Below are positions 1 through 9,392 of a stretch of 54,956 nt of DNA, in pieces. The notes below the pieces were generated by a model, which saw nothing but the letters and a program-made list of their open reading frames with translations, had not been told where the DNA came from and searched no databases. The stretch is from Pedosphaera sp. (GTDB lineage Bacteria > Verrucomicrobiota > Verrucomicrobiia > Limisphaerales > SIBH01): NCBI GenBank assembly GCA_031414955.1, contig JANOQV010000014.1, positions 1-54,956 on the forward strand, read 5' to 3'. Within the stretch, counting starts at the first letter, position 1. Each line of letters opens with the position of its first letter. A program made the position numbers and the translations under genes.

Positions 1-322
1 GATCGCCGGGCTGATGCTGCACCTGCTGCTGGGGCGGCGGCCGAATAAACGGCTGATGGAGCGGCTGCGCTTTTACCTGCTGGGCTGGGCCACGGCCGAA
101 GAACTGGCGGCGGCCACGGCGGCGGCGCTGAAGGCGGGCGCGAAAAAATCCTGAGCGGAGTCTGATGGTGGCCTGAAGTCAGGAACCCCGGACGGGCCGC
201 GCTTGCCCGGAAGCCGCCCGCCGCGCGGCGGCTTCCTTCGATCCCCCCGCCGCGACCAAACTCGCCTTCCCCAAAGACCACCCCGCCGCCCCGGTCGGCC
301 ACCGCCATGCCGAACACTATTG
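1..322 (+). mobile_element. Right end of an IS4-family insertion sequence (truncated by window start)
   Basis: Transposase-like C-terminus at 2..154, followed by ATGCCGAACACTATTG at 307..322 (reverse complement CAATAGTGTTCGGCAT), which resembles IS4-family terminal inverted repeats. Left end and target duplication are outside the window. Confidence 0.65.
2..154 (+). CDS. IS4-family transposase, C-terminal fragment
   Basis: Frame 2 reads IAGLMLHLLLGRRPNKRLMERLRFYLLGWATAEELAAATAAALKAGAKKS*, resembling the C-terminus (GRKP...FY..GWA..EEL) of PVC-group IS4 transposases. Confidence 0.65.
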   Translation: MAGLMLHLLLGRRPNKRLMERLRFYLLGWATAEELAAATAAALKAGAKKS

Positions 323-387
323 GCATCCAGCCCGTGCTACCCTGGCCTGTTCTGGAGTCCCGCCCAATCGGGAAGCACCACAGCCAA

Positions 388-825
388 CTATGGCCGGGCG
401 ACGAGCGCCTTCACTTCAGCGGTGAGAATGGTGCTGGCGTGGATGGCCTGGCGCAGCGCCTTCCGCAACGCAACCGGCAAATCTTTGCCGAAGCAGCGGA
501 TTTCCTGGCGCACGAACCGGGCGTTGAATTCGGCCAGCGGGACTGATTTGAGGTCGTTGCAATCCACGATGGAGGATTTCTTGAGCACGCCAAAGGTGGC
601 CGGGGCCAGTTCCACCAGGGTTTCGGGACAGGCCTGGCGGCGCAGTTTCACTTCCTCGACTTTGGACGTGACAACGGAGAGCAGAAGCACCCGCTGGGCG
701 AGCGGATCGGAATTGACCACGATGAAGTAATGCGGCTCCGGCGAGGTGAGGTGCCGTTCCTCAAAATAATAGACGCTCCCTTCGCGCAGGGTGAGCCGGA
801 GTTTGAGATCGATGTCTCCGGCCAA
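388..825 (-). CDS. Putative toxin, MazF/PemK-like fold (partner of Panacea antitoxin)
   Basis: 145 aa; GSVYYF...PHYFIVV...VVTSK...SIVDCN pattern parallels PemK/MazF; TTG start 3 nt after the antitoxin stop. Confidence 0.55.
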   Translation of the reverse strand: MAGDIDLKLRLTLREGSVYYFEERHLTSPEPHYFIVVNSDPLAQRVLLLSVVTSKVEEVKLRRQACPETLVELAPATFGVLKKSSIVDCNDLKSVPLAEFNARFVRQEIRCFGKDLPVALRKALRQAIHASTILTAEVKALVARP

Positions 826-828
826 GGT

Positions 829-1422
829 TCAACTCCAGCGTTGGTCGAAGGCCTGACGCTGGAGAAACAACTCGCGCGCGGCCTCGCGCTCTTTGGCCGT
901 CAGGGCATGGCAGGGATTGCATCCGGCTTCCGGCTCGGCAAAAAAATCCGCGTAATCCATCGCGACGCGCCGGTGATTCTTGAGCGCGTTCTCGTGACGC
1001 TTCCATTCGGGGTAACGGTGCGTCAGGTCGCGGAGCTGATACTTGGTTTGATAGCCAAAATTTTCCCAGGCAAAGGTCAGCGCCTCCTGGTCGCTGGCGG
1101 AGAGCACCGCCCGGTCAACGTCGGCCACGGAGGCGTAGTCGTAGTCGCTTTTCTTCTGGAGAAATTTGCGGGCATAGCTGCGCGCCGGAGCCGGCAGCAG
1201 ATCATGCGCTTCGGCCAGTTGCTTGGCTTCGGAGGCGACCGGCCCGTGAGTCATGGCGAAGTAGGCGCATTCACTGACGGGCCGTCCGAACTTGCGCAGG
1301 TGGTAGCGGTCGGCAAAAAAGATGAGCTTGAGCGCCTTGAGCTTGTTGATGCGCCCGCCAGATTGCCGGGCCAGAAAGTTCAAAGCCTGCGTCGCTTTGC
1401 GATGGGTTAGAGACAGACTCAT
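829..1422 (-). CDS. Panacea-domain (DUF4065/SocA-like) antitoxin
   Basis: 197 aa; KLKALKLIFFAD, AMTHGPV and LRDLTHRYPEW match the DUF4065 motifs (KLxKLxY, GPV, L...TH...W). Confidence 0.85.
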   Translation of the reverse strand: MSLSLTHRKATQALNFLARQSGGRINKLKALKLIFFADRYHLRKFGRPVSECAYFAMTHGPVASEAKQLAEAHDLLPAPARSYARKFLQKKSDYDYASVADVDRAVLSASDQEALTFAWENFGYQTKYQLRDLTHRYPEWKRHENALKNHRRVAMDYADFFAEPEAGCNPCHALTAKEREAARELFLQRQAFDQRWS

Positions 1423-1560
1423 GCGGGTCGATTTATCACGGACAAAACCAAAGTTGTGGGCCGACCATGCCGGTTTTGAGTGGTCTGGTCAAATGGCAGT
1501 TTTGCAGCGCGAATGGCCGATGAACTCAAGGCGATGCTTTAGAAACTCAGCCGAAGCACT

Positions 1561-3102
1561 TCACTCCCACTCAATTGTCCCCGGCGGCTTGCTCGTGATG
1601 TCGAAGACGCAGCGGTTCACGCCCTTCACTTCGTTGATGATGCGGCTGGAAAGTTTTTCGAGCAGGTCGTAGGGCAGTTTCACCCAGTCGGCGGTCATGC
1701 CGTCCTGCGATTCCACGGCGCGGAGGGCGATGGTGTACTCGTAGGTGCGCTCGTCGCCCATCACGCCCACGCTGCGCACCGGCAGCAGCACGGCGAAGCT
1801 CTGCCAGATTTTGTAATACCAGCCCGTCGCCTTCATCTCCTCGACCACGATGGTGTCGGCGTCGCGCAGAATGCGGCAGCGTTCAGGCGTGACTTCGCCG
1901 AGGATGCGCACGGCGAGTCCAGGTCCGGGGAACGGCTGGCGGAAAACAATTTCCTTGGGCAGTCCGAGTTCGAGTCCGAGTTGGCGCACTTCGTCCTTGA
2001 ACAGGCAGCGCAGCGGCTCGACGAGCTTGAACTTCATGTTCTTGGGCAGGCCGCCCACGTTGTGATGGCTCTTGATCATCGCGGCGGGGTTGCCGGCGAT
2101 GGGCACGGACTCGATCACGTCGGGATAAAGCGTGCCTTGGGCGAGGAACTTGGCTTTGCCCGCGCGCTTGGTCGCGGCGGCGAAAATTTCGATGAAGGTC
2201 TTGCCGATGATCTTCCGCTTCCGCTCCGGATCGGTGACGCCCTTGAGTCGGCCGAGGAAGATTTTCTCCGCGTTCTCGGTCTGGAGCTTCATGTGGAAAT
2301 GGCTCCCGAACAAATCCTGCACCGCCTTCTCCTCGCGCCCGCGCAGCAGGCCGTTGTTGACGAAGATGCAGGTGAGCTGATCGCCGATGGCCTTGTGAAG
2401 CAAGGCCGCCGCGACGCTGGAATCCACGCCCCCACTCAAACCAAGAATCACCTGCTCCTGGCCGACCTGCGCGCGGATCTCTTCCACTGCCTGATCGATG
2501 TAGCTGCGCATCGTCCAGCTCTTGCCGCAGCCGCAGATGCGGTGGACGAAGTTGGCGATCAGTTCCTTGCCGCGCGGCGTGTGGACGACTTCGGGATGGA
2601 ATTGCAGCCCGAAGAATTTCCGCGCGCGATTCTCGATGGCGGCGTATTCGGAGTTCTCCGTGACGGCGACGGGTTTGAAATCGCGCGGCAGCTTGGTGAG
2701 CTTGTCGCCGTGGGAATTCCAGACTTGGAGTTCGCGCGGAAGTTTTGAAAACAAAGCGCACGAACCGTCCTTCACCGTGAGCGTGCCCTTGCCGTATTCG
2801 CGCTTCTGGCCCTTCTCGACCTTGCCGCCGAGGAAGTGCGCGAAGAGTTGCACGCCGTAGCAGATGCCCAGCACCGGCACGCCGAGATTAAACACACCCT
2901 TGTCCGGCATCGGCGCGTCCTCGGTGTACACGCTGTTCGGTCCGCCGCTCAGGATGATCCCAGAGGGCTTGAGCGCGGCGATTTCCGCCGCCGGCGTGTC
3001 GTAGCGCAGGATGGTGGAATAGACGCTGCACTCGCGGATACGCCGCGCGATGACCTGCGTGTACTGGGAACCAAAATCAAGAATGACAATCTGTTCGTTC
3101 AT
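1561..3102 (-). CDS. guaA: GMP synthase (glutamine-hydrolysing)
   Basis: [36 protein letters not shown] and terminal KPPGTIEWE. Confidence 0.98.
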   Translation of the reverse strand: MNEQIVILDFGSQYTQVIARRIRECSVYSTILRYDTPAAEIAALKPSGIILSGGPNSVYTEDAPMPDKGVFNLGVPVLGICYGVQLFAHFLGGKVEKGQKREYGKGTLTVKDGSCALFSKLPRELQVWNSHGDKLTKLPRDFKPVAVTENSEYAAIENRARKFFGLQFHPEVVHTPRGKELIANFVHRICGCGKSWTMRSYIDQAVEEIRAQVGQEQVILGLSGGVDSSVAAALLHKAIGDQLTCIFVNNGLLRGREEKAVQDLFGSHFHMKLQTENAEKIFLGRLKGVTDPERKRKIIGKTFIEIFAAATKRAGKAKFLAQGTLYPDVIESVPIAGNPAAMIKSHHNVGGLPKNMKFKLVEPLRCLFKDEVRQLGLELGLPKEIVFRQPFPGPGLAVRILGEVTPERCRILRDADTIVVEEMKATGWYYKIWQSFAVLLPVRSVGVMGDERTYEYTIALRAVESQDGMTADWVKLPYDLLEKLSSRIINEVKGVNRCVFDITSKPPGTIEWE

Positions 3103-3373
3103 TTCAAAAAAAGAAGGGTGAGTTTTTGCCGCCGTGGGAAAGTTTTTGCGAGAAGAATTTTGGCCGAACCGCGGCGGCGGACGATTCTAGCCGCCAGCGC
3201 CTCGGGGGTAGAGGTGGCCGCTCTCCAGGTCTTCACACCGTTGCTGTGGAGGGCAAAGCCCCTTGGAACTAAGGGCGGACGAGGCCAGTGTTCAACCCAG
3301 TTGGGGTCACCGGTCTTGGGCGGCTGCGCTCAAATGGGCGGGGCATTTTGCCCCGGTAGGGCAAGGCCGCGCG

Positions 3374-4666
3374 CTATCCCTGCTGCCAATTCTGGATCGA
3401 TGCCTCAAGGAAGCCTTCGATGCGATCCGTGACCGCCGTTTCATTGTAGTGGGAAAGAATCTCGGTCTGGGCGATCTCGGCCATCTGGGTGCGCAAGGCC
3501 GGGGAGATTTGCAATTCCTGGATCGCCGCCGCCAGTTCCAGGCCCGCGCCCGGGGTGAAAGTGAGCGCATTCTCGCCGTGGCGCAGCAATTCGCGCGTCC
3601 CGCCCAGAGCTGTGCCCACGACGAACAGTCCAGCCGCCATCGCCTCCAGCACGGTCAGGGAGAAAGGCTCCGGCTCCTCGCTGGTGTAGAGCAGCGCGTC
3701 GTGGCGGCGGTAGATGGCCGGCAAATCGCGCTGCAGGTTCGAGACGTTCAGGAATTCCACCGGCAGTTGCTGGAGGGCGATGAAGGAGCGCAATTCGGCC
3801 ACGTAGCTGGAGTCACCCTTGCCGTAAATGCTCAGGCTGGCCTTGAGGTTGTTCCGGCGCAGTTGGTGAATGGCCTGGACCGCCGTGAGCACGCCGCTGC
3901 GCCTGGTCAGAGGCGAGACCACGAGCAACTTCGTCACCGGCAGGCTGGCGGGTTTTACTTCGCCGACAAAATTTTGCGTGGCAATGCCGGGATAAATCAC
4001 CTCGGCATGGCTCACCATGAAACCCGCCCGCTCGGCGGATTCCTTCAGCCACGGGCTGGCAAAATAGAGGCGGTCAAAACGGAACGCGCTCAGTGAATTG
4101 GGCACCGGCTCGTCCACGTAAAGTTCCGGCATCCGGTCGTGGCCCTTGATCAGCCGGGTCGGAGCCAGATCATCCAGGCTGGTGCGCTGGCCGGAGAACT
4201 CGAGAGCCTTGCGCGCCAGGTTCATGCCCGGATGATTCCACCAACGCAGCCAGGGATCGTTCGCCACTTCGAGGGTCATCCAGTTGTCCGCCACGTCGAA
4301 GACCACCGGGAATCGGGCGTGACGCAGGGCAAAGAGAAGCGATTTGGATAATCCGGACAAGCTGAACACCAACACGATGTCCGGCGGGTGGGCGGTGAGC
4401 GTCTCCTTCAGCACCTGATGCTGGTGCGTCTCGATCTGTTTCAGGTCGTGGTAGCTGGTCACGAGGGGATGGTCGAACGCGCCGTGGAGCAGCAACCGGC
4501 GCTCGACCTCCCCGCCCCGCTGCGCCTGGTTCATCCCGTGGGTGGAGGTAAGAATCCGCACCTGATGCCCGCGCAACTTGAGGTTGTTCACCACCGCCTC
4601 GCAGCGCAGATCGAACGTCCCGGCGTGATGCGGCGGATACAGATTGGTGATGACCAGGATTTGCAA
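3374..4666 (-). CDS. Glycosyltransferase family 4
   Basis: Probable TTG start at LQILVITNLYPPHHAG; C-terminal EPFSLTVLEAMAAG (E-x7-E) motif of GT-B/GT4. Confidence 0.88.
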   Translation of the reverse strand: MQILVITNLYPPHHAGTFDLRCEAVVNNLKLRGHQVRILTSTHGMNQAQRGGEVERRLLLHGAFDHPLVTSYHDLKQIETHQHQVLKETLTAHPPDIVLVFSLSGLSKSLLFALRHARFPVVFDVADNWMTLEVANDPWLRWWNHPGMNLARKALEFSGQRTSLDDLAPTRLIKGHDRMPELYVDEPVPNSLSAFRFDRLYFASPWLKESAERAGFMVSHAEVIYPGIATQNFVGEVKPASLPVTKLLVVSPLTRRSGVLTAVQAIHQLRRNNLKASLSIYGKGDSSYVAELRSFIALQQLPVEFLNVSNLQRDLPAIYRRHDALLYTSEEPEPFSLTVLEAMAAGLFVVGTALGGTRELLRHGENALTFTPGAGLELAAAIQELQISPALRTQMAEIAQTEILSHYNETAVTDRIEGFLEASIQNWQQG

Positions 4667-4769
4667 CTGGGGCGAGGCTACCCGTCGACAGGACGGGAGG
4701 GAAGAGCAGAGCAGTGAAGGATTGAACCGGCCAGGCGACGGTGCCACAGTCCTGACGAATCCAACTCGA

Positions 4770-5669
4770 ATGACAATCATCAAGACGTGGCTGTTTATAG
4801 GGGCCGGGCTGACGCTGGCGACTGGACTGTCCGCAGCCACGTTCAACGTGCCGCCGCCGGCTTCGCTCTCGCTGACCTCGGCACCGGGCGGGATGCGGGT
4901 GGTCTACCAAGGAGCGACGAACTTCAAATATCAGGTGCAGGTTTCAAGCAACTTGAACACTTGGTCGCAGTTGGCCAGCAATGTGGCCGTCAACCGGGCA
5001 ACGGCCATCGTTGACGTACAGTCCACGAATCGTCCGATGCGGTTTTACAAGGCGAGTTCGCAGGTCACGCCGTTTTTCTACAAGGGCACTTTCAGCGGCG
5101 CGGAGAGCGGTTCGTTCATTCTGCTGGCGCGCACGAACAACACGACGGTGTTCCTGGGGAACAATCCGGGCCGCTTGCGCGGCGAGTATTCCACCAACTT
5201 GGTGGTCGGGGGTGATGATTCCGCCGGCGGCACGTTCCTCGTCAACGCACCCGGTTGTCTGCAATTCACCGCCTCGAACACGATCACGGGGCGCTTCACC
5301 AACAGTGCCAGCGCAACGGGCACCCTGGCGGGCGGGCAAAGGGCGAATGTGGGCAGCTTCAGCGGTTACGCCGGGATCTACACCGGCACGGTGTCCGCTC
5401 CACACACCGGACCGGCGCGCATCCTGTTGTGCCCGGATGGCTCCTTTGCTTTTTATCGGACCGACCCGAATTTTGGGACGAAGGATGGCGGGCTTGGCAC
5501 TCTGCCGCCGGCTGGTCCCGCCACCTTGGATGTGTATCTGAGCGGGTCCGGCATCATGCATGTGGCTGGATCGCTCAACAAAGTAACCAAGGTCTTCAAC
5601 CTCACGGTTCACGAGTTGGACAACCTCATCAGCATCGCCACGCTCACGTTTACCGAACCGGTCTTTTGA
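4770..5669 (+). CDS. Secreted beta-rich hypothetical protein with an N-terminal Y..QxSxNLxxW...RFY domain
   Basis: ATG 4770 gives a signal-peptide-like MTIIKTWLFIGAGLTLATGLSA, then YQVQVSSNLNTW...VDVQSTNRPMRFYK; the rest is G/T/S-rich beta strands. Confidence 0.75.
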   Translation: MTIIKTWLFIGAGLTLATGLSAATFNVPPPASLSLTSAPGGMRVVYQGATNFKYQVQVSSNLNTWSQLASNVAVNRATAIVDVQSTNRPMRFYKASSQVTPFFYKGTFSGAESGSFILLARTNNTTVFLGNNPGRLRGEYSTNLVVGGDDSAGGTFLVNAPGCLQFTASNTITGRFTNSASATGTLAGGQRANVGSFSGYAGIYTGTVSAPHTGPARILLCPDGSFAFYRTDPNFGTKDGGLGTLPPAGPATLDVYLSGSGIMHVAGSLNKVTKVFNLTVHELDNLISIATLTFTEPVF

Positions 5670-5709
5670 CTTTTCCCGTTCGCCTCCCTAGCCTGCGCCC
5701 TAATTCAGC

Positions 5710-6702
5710 ATGAAACTTTTTACCACTCTGCTCGCCTGTGTTCTGCCCCTGCTGGCTCCGGCTTGCGAACTCTGCTCCATCTCCAGCGCGGACAGCGCGC
5801 GCCGGGAGGCCGCCACGGGACCGGTCCTCACCTTGAGTGAGCAATACATTCCCTTCGCCACGTTGCAAGTGAACGGCGAGCCTTACCCCAAGAGCGCGAC
5901 CTTCTTTCATCAGGCTTTCTACGAGCGCTTCACCAGCCACGTTGTGCCGGGCTACAATTTCTCGCGCCGCTTCGGCGTCAGCTTCAACATCCCCTACGTC
6001 TATGGCGATTTTCGCCGCGCCGAAGTCACGCCACTGGGTCAGTTGATCGATGAGCAAGGAACCGTCTCGGGTCTGGGTGACGTGGCGCTCATCGGGCGCT
6101 GGACGGCGTTCCAAAAACGGGAGACAGACTATGAAGTGGTTTGCAATCTCTTGGGCGGGATCAAGTTCCCAACCGGCGAAACCGAGCGTCTGGAGGACGA
6201 ACGGAAACAAGAGTTGCTCTACCAGCAACTCTTCGGTCCGAATCACGCGCATTCCATCGGCGGCATTCACCAGCACGATCTGTCGCCGGGCACGGGTTCG
6301 TATGATGGCATCTTCGGGGCGAGCGCGAACCTGAGATGGAAACGGCTCTTTTTCTTCAGCCAGTTCCAATACTACCTGCGCACCGAGGCGCTTGATTATG
6401 AGATGGGGGATTTGACCATCATCTCCGGCGGCCCCGGTGTCTTTCTGGTTCAGAACGCGGAGGTGACATTGAGCCTGCTGGCGAATGCCTTCTACGAAAA
6501 CCAACTGCGGGATCAGGCGCTGGGCCAGGATAACGAGCAGACGGGTTATTCGTCCTGGTATATGGGACCGCAAGCGGCCTTCTCCTGGGGAAAGCATTTC
6601 AGCATGAACGCCGGCGTGGACGTGCCGCTGGCCATTTACAATCGCGGCATTCAAAGCGTGCCGGACTACCGCGTGCATGGCGGGTTGAACTGGAAGTTTT
6701 GA
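5710..6702 (+). CDS. Putative outer-membrane beta-barrel ('transporter'/MetA-pathway-like family) with CxxC and His-rich loop
   Basis: Signal peptide, CELC, SGLGDV, GIKFPTG, LSPGTGSYD, alternating beta strands and C-terminal Phe (LNWKF). Confidence 0.75.
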   Translation: MKLFTTLLACVLPLLAPACELCSISSADSARREAATGPVLTLSEQYIPFATLQVNGEPYPKSATFFHQAFYERFTSHVVPGYNFSRRFGVSFNIPYVYGDFRRAEVTPLGQLIDEQGTVSGLGDVALIGRWTAFQKRETDYEVVCNLLGGIKFPTGETERLEDERKQELLYQQLFGPNHAHSIGGIHQHDLSPGTGSYDGIFGASANLRWKRLFFFSQFQYYLRTEALDYEMGDLTIISGGPGVFLVQNAEVTLSLLANAFYENQLRDQALGQDNEQTGYSSWYMGPQAAFSWGKHFSMNAGVDVPLAIYNRGIQSVPDYRVHGGLNWKF

Positions 6703-6708
6703 TCCCCG

Positions 6709-7854
6709 TTACCGCCCGCGATGGATGATCTCCAGCGTGAGCACCGAGTAGGCCGTGACCAGATTGGAATCTTTTTCCCACCAACGCCCGGTTTCGTTCT
6801 GCCAGGAGCCGTCGGCCTTTTGCAGATCGATCAGCCGCAGGGCCAGGTCCCGTCGCCAGTCGATTTTCCGTCCGTCTTTGGTTTGCAACTCGTCCACCTT
6901 CGCTGCGGCCAAGGCCTTGGTCATGAGGTGCAGGTAGTAAAAGTAACCCTGCTGGCCCAGACCGGGATTCTCCTGCAAAGAATAGTTGGCGCGCAGCCAG
7001 TCCAGCACGGCCTGAACCCGAACATCAGATTGTTTTACCTCTGAATAGATGTAACTGAGCAAGCCCGCGTAGCTAATGCTGCCGTAGGAGCGGAGCGCGA
7101 CTTTGCCGCTGGCATTCGTCACGCCGGCGGCCTTGCTGCTTTCCGGGTCATACACGAAGCCGCCGCGATCCTTCGCCTCAGTGGAAACCCAGTCCTGTTG
7201 GTTCACGCCGGGCAGGTTTTGGCAGGTCTGAAGAAACTGAATCGCCGCCGCCCAGTCCAAATCCTGGCCCGCCGGGTTTTGATCCGCGACCAGATGCTTG
7301 GTGAAATACAGCGCTTCCAAGGCAGTAAGGGTGTTGTTCATGTCCGAGCGCCCCGCATCGTGGCTGTAGCCGATGCCGCCGTCCCACGGCGAATCCATCT
7401 TGCCGCGCTCGCCGAGATCAGCCTGCTGGCCGGCGACAAAAGCTCGCGCCTTGCGCAAAACCGCGTCGTGCCGCGCCTCTCTCGCTGCCAGCAAGCCCAT
7501 CATACAGATGGACGTGTTGTAATTGGCCAGTTCTGAGACGTAGATGCCACCGTCGGGCCGAACGCAGCCCAGCACGAAGGAGTAGCCCCGGCCCAGGCCC
7601 GGCCAGTGCTTCAACCTTGCGTTTGGCTCGCCCTGTAGAGCCGTGAGCACTAGGGCCGTGACGCTGGGATGCTCCGGGGTGGACCACCAGCCATTGCTAT
7701 TTTGGGTGGACTTGAGCAAGTCATTACCCTTCTCGATGGCGCGTTGAATTTCATGCTGGAGCGAGATGTCCGGGGTCCGAAGCTTGAGCGCGTCTGCCGC
7801 CGACAAAACCAGGGAAGTAAGGGCGACACAGAGACAGCCGTAGGTAAAACGCAT
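6709..7854 (-). CDS. Exported prenyltransferase/squalene-cyclase-repeat (alpha/alpha barrel) protein
   Basis: ATG 7854 with signal peptide; QW-like repeats TQNSNGWW, VRPDGGI, DGGIGY, RGGFVY, LQKADGSW. Confidence 0.8.
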   Translation of the reverse strand: MRFTYGCLCVALTSLVLSAADALKLRTPDISLQHEIQRAIEKGNDLLKSTQNSNGWWSTPEHPSVTALVLTALQGEPNARLKHWPGLGRGYSFVLGCVRPDGGIYVSELANYNTSICMMGLLAAREARHDAVLRKARAFVAGQQADLGERGKMDSPWDGGIGYSHDAGRSDMNNTLTALEALYFTKHLVADQNPAGQDLDWAAAIQFLQTCQNLPGVNQQDWVSTEAKDRGGFVYDPESSKAAGVTNASGKVALRSYGSISYAGLLSYIYSEVKQSDVRVQAVLDWLRANYSLQENPGLGQQGYFYYLHLMTKALAAAKVDELQTKDGRKIDWRRDLALRLIDLQKADGSWQNETGRWWEKDSNLVTAYSVLTLEIIHRGR

Positions 7855-7897
7855 GGGGCAAGAATTCCGGCCTGCCGCCCAAATGCCAACAGAAAAC

Positions 7898-7926
7898 TTG
7901 ACGCGATCCGGCACGCCGAATAGCCT
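7898..7926 (+). promoter_or_regulatory. Sigma70-type promoter of the nusA-infB operon
   Basis: TTGACG (7898..7903), 17-bp spacer, TAGCCT (7921..7926). Confidence 0.65.
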
Positions 7927-7967
7927 CCGCAGCAGAAGTCAATTGCTGGAACATTCCAGCGCGTGCG

Positions 7968-7998
7968 AAGTCGGAGAGTTAAATCTGCCGACTTTTTT
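7968..7998 (+). terminator. Intrinsic terminator/attenuator in the nusA 5' leader
   Basis: AAGTCGGAGA-GTTAAA-TCT(G)CCGACTT hairpin running into a 6-T tract, between the promoter and the nusA ATG. Confidence 0.65.
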
Positions 7999-8025
7999 GT
8001 TCCCCTGATGGGAAGGAAAGAAACT

Positions 8026-9312
8026 ATGAACGCTGATTTTTTGGCCGTCCTGGAGTTTTGGGAGCGGGAGAAGGGTATCAGCCGTGAAGTTTTGATCACG
8101 GCGGTGCAGGAATCCCTCGTGCAAGCCGCGAAAAAGGCCGTGGGTCCGGCGCGCGAACTGCGCTGCGCGATTGATCAGAAGAACGGGGATATCAAGGCTT
8201 ACGCCAAACTCATCGTTTCCGAGAAGGTGCTTTCCAAGCACGATCAGATTTCAGTCTTCGACGCCCGCCGGATCAAGGCGGACGCTCAAATCGGCGAGGA
8301 AATCGAAATCGAAGTCACACCCACGGGCTTCGGGCGCATCGCCGCCCAATATGCCAAACAGGCGCTGATGCAGCAGGTTCGACGGGCGGAAAAACAGCTC
8401 ATCTTCGTGGAGTTTAAGGATCGGGTGGGCGACATCATTAGCGGCGTGGTCCGCCGGTTTGAACGCTCGGATGTGACGGTTGATTTGGGCAAATACGAGG
8501 CTTTGCTGCCAAACCGGGAGCGTGTGCCAACCGAGGAATATCAAATTGGCGAGCGCATTCGCTGCTTCGTGAAGGCCGTCGAAAACGGCGCGCATGGGCC
8601 GGAGATCATCCTGTCCCGCGCGGATCCGAACTTCGTCCTCAAGCTGTTCCAGTTGGAGGTCTCTGAGATCAATGACGGCACCATTGAGGTCAAAGGCATC
8701 GCCCGCGAACCGGGTTTTCGAACTAAGATCGCGGTCTGGACCCGGGACGAGAAGGTTGATCCGGTTGGCGCTTGCGTCGGTCTGCGCGGCCAGCGGGTGA
8801 AAAACATCGTTCGCGAGTTGAACAACGAGAAGGTGGACATCATCAAGTGGGATGCCAACGTGCGGAATTTCGTCACCAACGCCTTGTCGCCGGCCAAGCT
8901 GAAAGAGTTCGAGGCGGATGAAAGTCGCAAACGCGTCCGCATCACGGTGGCGCAAGACCAGTTGTCGCTGGCCATCGGCAAGCGCGGCCAAAACGCACGG
9001 CTCACTTCAAAGCTGACTGGCTGGCAGGTGGACATTGAGGCCGAAGAAATCGCCGTGGTGGGATTCGAAGAACAGGTGGCCCAAGCGGTCAAGACCATCG
9101 CGGCCATTCCTGGCATCGCGCCTGGACAGGCGGATGCGCTGGTCCATGCCGGATTCGTGAACCTGGAAAATCTACTCCAGGCGGAGCCGGAGGATTTGGC
9201 TGGCATTCCGCAAATCGCAGAGCAAGCTCCGGCGATTTATGAAGCAGTGCGGGCGGAAGTGGCGCGGCGGCAAGTCAAGCTGGGGCTGCCGTCGTCATCG
9301 CCAGTGGAGTGA
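8026..9312 (+). CDS. nusA: Transcription termination/antitermination factor NusA
   Basis: ATG 8026 after GGAAGGAAAG; FGRIAAQ, IAREPGFRTK, DPVGACVG, LAIGKRGQNARL. Confidence 0.98.
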   Translation: MNADFLAVLEFWEREKGISREVLITAVQESLVQAAKKAVGPARELRCAIDQKNGDIKAYAKLIVSEKVLSKHDQISVFDARRIKADAQIGEEIEIEVTPTGFGRIAAQYAKQALMQQVRRAEKQLIFVEFKDRVGDIISGVVRRFERSDVTVDLGKYEALLPNRERVPTEEYQIGERIRCFVKAVENGAHGPEIILSRADPNFVLKLFQLEVSEINDGTIEVKGIAREPGFRTKIAVWTRDEKVDPVGACVGLRGQRVKNIVRELNNEKVDIIKWDANVRNFVTNALSPAKLKEFEADESRKRVRITVAQDQLSLAIGKRGQNARLTSKLTGWQVDIEAEEIAVVGFEEQVAQAVKTIAAIPGIAPGQADALVHAGFVNLENLLQAEPEDLAGIPQIAEQAPAIYEAVRAEVARRQVKLGLPSSSPVE

Positions 9313-9392
9313 GTTATGGAATCCGGTTTTGCCAATTTGAGCTCATAATCGCATGAAGACTGCGATTTCAAACCGGGACGGAACAAATTTAT

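Noticed and set aside
203..730. 175-aa plus-strand ORF (and 307..546)
   Set aside because: Pro/Arg-rich, spans the IS end and is antisense to the toxin candidate; no recognisable motifs.
3103..3373. Possible purine riboswitch upstream of guaA
   Set aside because: No recognisable aptamer core or terminator seen by eye.
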